Shown here in pieces: positions 55,109 to 64,000 of a DNA stretch of 64,000 bases. Source of the stretch: Eledone cirrhosa. Taxonomy: Eukaryota. The notes below the pieces were generated by a model. The model worked only from the letters and a program-made list of their open reading frames with translations, was not told the DNA's origin and made no database searches. The stretch lies in assembly GCA_964016885.1 (NCBI GenBank), contig OZ024742.1, forward strand, positions 112,282,001 to 112,346,000, given 5' to 3'. Positions within the stretch are counted from its first letter, which is position 1. Every line of letters begins with the position of its first letter. A program made the position numbers and the translations under genes.

Positions 55109-56443
55109 GTATTATCTATGTATGTATATATAAGTTTTTCCAAAAAATGAGAAAATATATGAAAGTAGACAAACGATATAGAGGATGCCATTGGAAGTTT
55201 GCCGTGTTATTAAATCATATCAATATACCCATTCACATATACGTAAATGTAAGTGACTGTCGGATGAAAATGTACATGTGTAGTGTATATAATAAACAAG
55301 GCATATTTATATGCTGTGTAAACGATCATGTATTAGTTACAATGTGAAGGGGGAAATACAGAAGATAGCAATAATATCTGCAATGGACAGAAAAGTATAA
55401 GCGTAATGTGATCATATTTAGAGATAAAGTTAATCTAATAATATGTTAAACTCGTCTTGAAGTACATATGAAATAAATGTTATATGTTGAGAGAATATAT
55501 GTTTGGGGAAGAAGTAAAATAAAGTATTTGGAACTATGATCTTTTAAATATTAATAGCGTGTGTTTGTCCGTTTCGTGATGTAGATTCTATGTTTCAAGA
55601 AAATCCGTAAACGTGATTTTAAAAATAAATACAGTTCCTGAGGATCTCACCTTCAATTTTGTGGTAAACGTAAATTATTGTGGTTATCTCAGTGGTAAAT
55701 AATCCAGACCTTCCGGACTCGATTTTACTTTTCTATCCATTAATTTACATACATTTTGACAGGATAGTTGATAGTTTTTATTAAGGGTGCCTGAAATACC
55801 TAATACGTGACGACGAACATCTGCCTTTGTTTATGTCCAACAAACGCACCTACTATTACTATCCACAACTTGGTTGTTATTCTCAAGAATAATATTTCCT
55901 TAATATACAATCCAATTTCGATATGGATATATCAAATTTAATTATTTGTGTGCATCTACCAGTAAGTCAATGACGACTAGAGTACATATGCCAAACGAGG
56001 AATCCCATTAAAGTTTCCGGGAAAAAGGACAAATGCACACAATGGTAGGATTAATATTCTGTTCTGTAAAATTCCTCTTACAAAACGTAACCCTTGACTA
56101 ACCGTGTAACATATATGCTGAAATGTTTGTTAAAGATATATAATGTAGATATATAGATGTGTCCACAAGTCCCAAGCTACGGTGCGGGGCATGGATTCGT
56201 TCCTTCACAGCCAGTATATAGATATATATTGATAATGTTATATCCATGTCTTAGCCACGAGTGAATAAGGGTCACTGAAGGTTGATAAAAGCCTCAGAAA
56301 CTAGTGGGTTTCGCTCATGTCTACTGAAGCGCTGCTATATGAGCACAGGTGGAAGCACCGGTAAGGGGATTATTCATGTATATTATACAAAAATATATCG
56401 CATATGTTTTCAGCTTCTCCACACACATATCCCCCGCCCCCAC

Positions 56444-56484
<41 letters not shown>

Positions 56485-57519
56485 GGGGGGGGGGGGGGTA
56501 GGCAAACCCACACAATCATACGTCATGACATTTTCAATCTATATTTACGTACATGTGAAGATAAAAAGAAAACAGATCAAAGGTGAATAACATTTCAACG
56601 AAATCTAAACATAAATGCATTCTAGAACAACAAAGATTATGCTATGAAATGCTTGAAAGTAGAAACAACTCAATTGAATCGATATCTTGTTTAGTCATAT
56701 TGAAACAATGTTCTCCTAAAGTATAGCACTACTTCAGCATCTAAGTTGGTAGGAACTTCTGATAGCTATATAATAATAGAATTTTTTTCTTCAGATCAAT
56801 GAACACAAGTAATCAATTGAATTAAGATTTGGAAAAGCAATTTATGAAATGCATGACAAAATATGTAAATGAGGAAATATAATATATTTTTAGATATTAG
56901 AAGTAATTAAAACTTCAATGAATTAATATTTTCTGGTATAAAAGTTGGGATGATGTGAGGTTGTCTAAGTAAGAAGGTTTATGTGCTAATCTAAAATAAT
57001 GACAATATGTCAAACATGGCTTTAGTCTGACTGGCACCAATTATGCTAGTAATGTTATATCGTGGTTAATTTTGCTGTATGTGATGCTGTAAGAGACTGA
57101 TATCATCGATAGGAAAGGTCATTTGAAACAAAGATTCTGTTTACTGATAAACTATCGAACAGTAATTTATTTCAATAAGTTGAGGACGAGATGAACATAT
57201 TGAGAGTGCTGTGCTAAAAATAGGTATTTATTCATCCGAAAATAATTTTAAAAAAGCAACAACAACGAATTTGATACATGATCTTACGTATAATAATCAA
57301 GAATCAAGAAGGCAAATTAATTGATATAAGAAGAAATACACAGCAGGGATAATTATTTATTTCATTGCCAATAGAGCTGAAGAAGTAAAACAAATCAGAA
57401 TCGTGTTAACAATGAAAGAATAGAACAGAAAAAACAATCAATTAAAATAAAAGAATTCCTTAATTAGCGAGAGCAACACACTTGGGTAGTTTAGGAAACA
57501 AACAGATCCGAAACCACAC

Positions 57520-57870
57520 TAATCGTTCAGAGTACCGTAGGAAGGTACCCAACAACCCTCTAACCTATCAAATCTACAATTAATCTGATTTGGCCCATTC
57601 ACACGGACCATCCACTCTCCATATACCCATCTATTAATATATGGACGGGAGGCAGCACTTCTCTCTCCAACTTCACATTCCTTTACAAGTTGAAATAATT
57701 GGTGAGGCCTTGGTCGGAGATGAAAGAGTATGTCTTCTATTCCTTTACTCGTGACCACCACATGATCCCGTTCGCCACTTCAACCAGACAGAGGTAAACA
57801 ACTGCCCTTGGTGGCCAAAGAAAGATGGTGTGGCTAGAATTTAAACCATTTAGGAAAAAATTATAATCAT
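57520..57870 (+). pseudogene. possible Tc1-like transposase relic
   Basis: Broken frames give SHGPSTLHIP..MDG, HDPVRH, PWWP and MVWLEFK, in the order expected for a Tc1 DDE domain. Confidence 0.3.
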
Positions 57871-58316
57871 TCAAATATGGGAAATAATAGGTGATAACAT
57901 TGAAATCAGTTAACAAATATGAATCCCGTCTTAGCTTAACCAGATCTGAACGTGGAAAACAACGAATAAGGTTGATAAACAGAAACATAGTCATTTTCTT
58001 CATGAGGCCATGTATATTCAAAATATATTTTTTAGAACATAGAATCACTTCAATGTTGCTTTGGAGATTGTCCAATAAATACTCGACTCCATTTATCCAA
58101 GACTAATCTACTAGTGTGAGAGAGGATATTTTAAGTATAGAAACCTACCAAAATTCGATAGGCAAATATGAGAAAACACACTCCTATCAATATATATAGT
58201 GCATTCTCGACGTTCAAGAGTTAGCGACATACAAATTAAGGCAGACTTACACACACACACACACATACACACACGCACGCACACACGCAAACACACACAC
58301 ACATACATACATACAG

Positions 58317-58398
<82 letters not shown>

Positions 58399-58563
58399 CA
58401 CACATACATACATAGGTAAATATTACGAACTTGCACATGTAACAAAACCCAATTCAAGGCCGAAATATAGGAACAAAAGAAGTGGATGCAAAGAACATTT
58501 GTATATTTCCTATTCCGCTCCGCCCGTCCATTCAATCTTTCTAATTTCCCATTCTTTCTCTCA

Positions 58564-58599
58564 TTTCTGATGAAGGACAATCGTCCGAAACTTTAAGAA
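58564..58599 (+). ncRNA. minimal hammerhead motif
   Basis: ttt-CTGATGA-AGGACaatcGTCC-GAAA-CTT-TA-agaa; stem III appears mutated. Confidence 0.6.
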
Positions 58600-58892
58600 C
58601 CTCTTCCTGCTGTTTCAAGCGTTAACCTATTATACTGTAATGGTTGTGTTGTTATTTCTATTTACCTTTTACATATATATATAATTCCAATATAAAACGA
58701 TATAAATATATAGCCATATATCATTAGAGAAATATAATATGTTGATCATATACATAAAAATCATATATTATTTTGGAAATAGACGTTATTATTCTTAGAA
58801 ATTAAAGTCATTATGTTTCTTATGGGCAGCGTTTCATATATTGTAGAGCCGGAACGCAATACGATCTAATCAATCGATTATCGGTTACCAAC

Positions 58893-58942
58893 TATCAAGT
58901 TTCGTTTAGCTCCGGAAGACGCCGAACTAATCGTCAGAGGAA
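58893..58942 (-). ncRNA. degenerate hammerhead motif
   Basis: Minus strand CTGACGA-TTAGTTCGGcgtcttCCGGAGCTAAAC-GAAAC; stems I and III are poor. Confidence 0.45.
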
Positions 58943-59646
58943 ATACCTTTATATGTGTCATGAAATATAAGTAGTCATTCAATACCTCGATTTGTGTATC
59001 ATATTTTAACAATGACCGCAGATATAAATATGACTGGAAATAACACATATTCATCATACATATTATATATGTTATGTTGTTTTAAATCAATATATCTATA
59101 TATATGCTGTAAATTCTTTATTTGTTGCAATGCTTGTTCTGTGCCTGGTACATCGCAGCTACTTATATCGTCCGTGTTACCCAGAATATTTATATCTGCA
59201 GCCACTGACAAAAATGAATTTACACATCGAAGTGGGTATTGACATCTTCTTTGAACATGACATATATAAAAGTATGTTGTACATTATTGAAATTTGTGAT
59301 AAAACGATTTCATTTGAGAAATAGTTCTGTGTCTCTACCAGAATAGATAGTTGGTATCCGGTGAACGATTGCTAGGGATTGTTTCTCGGTTTTAACGAAC
59401 TCTGAAACGAAGGCCGTACGGAAGAAAATGACTGTTCCCAACTTGAAGTGTATACTGTTTCCTAAATAGTATAAGCCTTTTGTATAAATTTCCAAAATAT
59501 GTCTTAATTTGAATTACTGATACTTTGGACACGTCCATAGAGCCTTTCTGCTGAGAAACAAGTATCATAAATATTATATAGGTTATAAAATGAGTAAACA
59601 AATAAAATTAGAGTTACAATCAAATAATATGCCCATATAGACACAT

Positions 59647-59718
<72 letters not shown>

Positions 59719-59933
59719 ATAAATTTAATCTAAATGAAAATGGTTCAAATCTGGATAAAATTTTCAAATCTAAAAAAAATCCACCTCCCAACAAACTACT
59801 AATAGATTTTTAAAATGATATCGTATCTATCATCCAAGGCATCACATTAAAAAAAAACTTCAAAGTTCCAAAAACAATGTTTGCATTTTAATAGGGTACG
59901 TCAAAGCTTATTTGTAAAACTGTTATATATTGT

Positions 59934-59992
59934 ATTTTGTCTGATGAAGGCATACCATAATTTAATTTGGTATCCCTGAAATATGTATAATG
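59934..59992 (+). ncRNA. minimal hammerhead motif (GAAATATGTA type, like 37008 and 39547)
   Basis: ttgt-CTGATGA-AGGcATACCAtaatttaattTGGTATcCCT-GAAA-TATG-TA-taa. Confidence 0.65.
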
Positions 59993-60036
59993 AAACAAAT
60001 ATGGTTTTATAAATATAGTTTCCATTTATTAATATC

Positions 60037-60167
<131 letters not shown>

Positions 60168-60206
60168 CATACATACACACATATAAATATATATATATAT
60201 ATATAT

Positions 60207-60685
60207 CGTTTCTGAATTTGTTTAGCAAGATTCTTTATGTGAAAACGTGTGTTGAAACCAATATTGGGAGGGTAATGATGCCAATAAGAAACACACGCAC
60301 CAGCTGATTTCATTTCAATTTATTATAAATTCAATTTATAAATTTAAGAATTTAAATTTTCCGGATGGTTGGTTGGTTCCACAACCAGACGATTGTTCAT
60401 ATAGTGTCAAAGTTCTTTCGTCACACAAAAAACAAGATGGCGTAGGACAGAAAAAAGGAGAGACACAAAAACAAAGAAAATAATACCCAGTCACTGAAGA
60501 GGTCACATAATGTGTGACGAAATAACCTTGACACTATAAGAACCATCGCCTGGTTGTGGAACCAATCAACCAACCAAAAATTTATAAATTCCTAAATTTA
60601 TGAATTTAATTTATAATAAATTGAAGTGAAAGCAACTGGTGCGTGTGTTTCTTATTGGCAACATGCCCTCCCAAAGCATAACAAT
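60207..60685. mobile_element. ORF-less inverted pLTR pair of the 23059-25603 PLE family
   Basis: Left arm 60207-60427 is inverted. Right arm about 60425-60685 has an HHR at 60490-60532. (TA)n on both sides. Confidence 0.9.
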
Positions 60686-60704
60686 ATATATATATATATA
60701 TATA

Positions 60705-62233
60705 AAGAAAAAAAGATAAAATCGAAAATGCAACTGGTGTCCTATTTTAAAAAAATATATATATATTTATTTCGTTCCTTTACCGGTTTCACAGTTCTTC
60801 TGCTATTCAAATGTAGAGTTGAGATGGAGGACCTGTGGTTTTTCTCACATCTGGTTGGTCTCTGAATGTTACTTGTTTTATATGGAAAAAAGTGACTCCA
60901 AATGCCAGATTTTTATAGAAGTAATTCGATAGGTTGGTCAAAAATTATAATAAATTTCGCGCCAGTTCGCGGTACAAAGTTCTTCAAACAAGGGGAGGGG
61001 GCACACAGGTTGTTTTTTCATATATGAGTGTTTGAATTTCTTTTTACTTAAAAAAAGGGGCTCACGATGGCTTTTCTTTTATAAACGTAATTTGATTGGT
61101 TATAAATGAAATTATGGCTGTCACGTGAACAAGTTTTCATTAAATTTTCGTGCCCTTATTTGGAAATCTATTCTGTAGCCTTTTTAGAGAATTTATGACA
61201 AGCAAAAGATAATGGTCAAGAGAAATTGGATGGGAGAATTGTTCTGGTGCAGTGAATATGGTTAGTTCGCAGGGGTGTCAGAATTCAGATTTTCTATTGA
61301 ATAAAGAAAGTAAAGATATGTATGTTTATTTGTGTGCTTGTGTGTGTGTGTGTGTTTGAATTTCGCAGCTTTAATTGGAAATCTATAGATTTCCAAATAA
61401 AGGCGCGAAAATGTAATGAAAACTTGTTCACGTGACAGCCATAATTTCATTTATAACCAATCGAATTACGTTTATAAAAAAAAAGACTTCGTGAGCCCTT
61501 TTTTTAAGTAAAAATAAATTCAAACACACACACACACACACACACAAGAACACAGATAAACATACATATCTTTATTACATATCTTTACTTTCTTTATTCA
61601 ATAGAAAATCTGAATTCTGACACCCCAGCGAACTAACCATATTCACTGAACTAGAACAATTCTCCCATCCAATTTCTCTTGACCATTATCTTTTGCTTGT
61701 CATAAAATTCTCTAAAAAGGCTACAGAATAGATTTCCAAATAAGGGGCGAAATTTTAATGAAAACTTGTTCACGTGACAGCCATAAATTCATTTATAACC
61801 AATCAAATTACGTTTATGCCTTCGTGGGCGTCTTTTTTTTTAAGTAAAAAGAAATTCAAACACTCATATATGAAAAAAAAACAACCTGTGCCCCCCCCCC
61901 CCCTCCTTGTTTGAAGAACTTTGTAACGCAAACTGGCGCGAAATTATAATTATTGACCAACCAATCAAATTACTTCTCTCAAAACCTGGCATTTCGAGCC
62001 ACTTTTTTCCATATAAAACAAGTAACATTCAGAGGCCAACCAGATGTGAGAAAAACTACAGACCTTCCATCAACTCTACTTTTGAAAAGCAGAAAAACTG
62101 CGAAACCGGTAAAGGAACGAAATAAATATATATATATTTTTTTAAATAAGACTACAGTTGCATTTTCGATTTCATCTTTTTTTTCTTTATACTTCCACTC
62201 GGTTATTTTTCATTTTGTAAAAAAACCTCACTT

Positions 62234-62274
<41 letters not shown>

Positions 62275-62361
62275 TGTAGGCGGGAAGCCGCTAGACTTGG
62301 TTGAAGACTTCCTATATTAAAAAAAATAAGACTCCAGTTGCATTTTCGATTTCATCTCTTT

Positions 62362-62365
<4 letters not shown>
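60705..62365. mobile_element. large ORF-less palindrome of the 25618-26790 pLTR family
   Basis: 60705-61345 is the reverse complement of about 61540-62190, with extra partial copies at 61360-61525 and 62318-62365. U3A8-type HHRs at about 60777-60814(-) and 62079-62115(+). Confidence 0.9.
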
Positions 62366-62432
<67 letters not shown>

Positions 62433-62435
<3 letters not shown>

Positions 62436-63382
62436 CAGGTAAAATTCCCGAGATCCATGGACGAGTTCTCTCCAGCGGTCTCTGTCCATCATCATCATCA
62501 TCATGTCCTGCGTCTCCCAGAGACCAAATGTCTGTCCTTAGGTCATCAATATATGTCAGCCGGTGTCTCCCTCTTATAGTTTGTCCGTGTAGAGGCTCCC
62601 AAGAGAGTACCGAGTACATTGTCAACTCTGAATATCTGTGATCATGTCCAGCAAACTTCTATGTTACTTACGAGCTGACTGACATTTGGCGGGGCTCTCG
62701 TACATTCATCGTCAGTGTACACTGACTAATATTCAGTTATCCTTAGCATTCTCGTGTAGCACCCATCCACCATCTGAGAGGGTTAGTGTCCAAATTTCAG
62801 ACCCGTACAGTAGCACCGACTCCACTATTGCAAAGAAAAGACGGATCTTCAGTTCTTTACGAAAATCCACCTCCACACCGATCTTAAAATGTGGCACACC
62901 GTCCAAGCTTTGCTCTTCCTCTCAGACACATCATCCTCTGTTCCCAATTGTTGCTCCCAGATACAGGAAGTCTTCAGCCAAGTCTAGCGGCTTCCCGCCT
63001 ACATTCATAAACTGGGGCTTCTTAAATTTCTCTACTAGATACTTCGCCTTAATCTCCATCTTTTTCAAACCCACACTCGCGACATAGTCTCCAACTTATG
63101 CCTCAACTCCACCGACTCTTTCACTGTGTTTGGCACCAGATGTATGTCGTCAGCCAATTCTGTGTCTGATATGTTTTTGGCCTTAATTCTCCTGCTCTGA
63201 GCAAGTGCCACAGTAAATGAAGAGTCATGGTGTTTCTCTAGCGCGAGTCACATAAAGGTACGGACCCATGTATCTCCCGTGATCATTCCGGCCAGTTTCT
63301 CAAAGTACTCTGTCCTCGCGTCAAGTGTAACGATTTGGTGTAGAGCAGTCATATCAGGCTCACTATCTTCTTGGCGATCCAT
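62433..63382 (-). mobile_element. 5'-truncated decayed RTE LINE
   Basis: Minus strand reads EYFEKLAGMITGDT (compare AGVLQGDT), a LADD-like motif near 63150, VESVLLYGSE and WEPLHGQTIRGRHRLTYIDD. The 3' end matches 12490-12550. Confidence 0.88.
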
Positions 63383-63829
63383 AAATATATATGTATATAT
63401 ATATATATATATATGGGATCCCCAAGAAGATAGTGAGCCTGATATGACTGCTCTACACCAACTCATTACATAGTTTTGATATTGTTCAGTGTGAACGTAT
63501 TTATGTACGAGACATCTATCGTACACTAATTAAGGAGGTGTATTGTTGTGACAAAGTCACAGACAGTGGCATTCGGGCAAACACTAACATAATATAAAAT
63601 TGGTATATAAATTATTATTTATATAAAAGAAAAATATAGAAAATAAGTTAAAACAAACAAAAAATAAATGGCATAATTTATTTAATTTCTACGAAAATTC
63701 GAGTCTTTCGTGAAAAGATCATAGCAGAGTTTGAAGCCATATCCAGAATGTTTTCATAATCCATTATAAAAAGCTACATTGATATAGTTACAGCTACCTT
63801 AAAAATATATATATACTGATTGGCGCAAA

Positions 63830-63957
<128 letters not shown>

Positions 63958-64000
63958 ACATATTTATATATATACATATATAGATATTTATACATATATA

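Overview
AT-rich, microsatellite-saturated eukaryotic DNA, intronic or intergenic. It is probably from an octopod cephalopod, inferred only from the recurring tRNA-derived SINE. I found no supportable host gene, rRNA, tRNA or CRISPR, and most of the ORF track is (TA)n/(CA)n/(CT)n noise. The window is dominated by Penelope-like retroelements (PLEs; RT plus C-terminal GIY-YIG endonuclease) sitting in (TA)n tracts: a near-intact Hydra-clade-like copy (3786-5924, one stop), a decayed relative (33.5-37.1 kb), two copies of a second family with inverted pseudo-LTRs (pLTRs; 13.4-15.2 and 23.1-25.6 kb), and many 3' ends or ORF-less pLTR palindromes. It also holds RTE LINE pieces, SINEs with target-site duplications, a non-autonomous Helitron, a Helitron PIF1-helicase relic and an R4/Dong-like relic. 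The main hidden layer is RNA. About 20 type I hammerhead ribozyme (HHR) motifs from roughly ten families can be read directly. These include three repeat families with a covaried U3-A8 core (UUGANAA), a ~315-bp tandem retrozyme-like array whose inverted arm stops at the predicted cleavage site, and a stem-II-less 'minizyme' variant. All folds, alignments and clade calls were made by eye.
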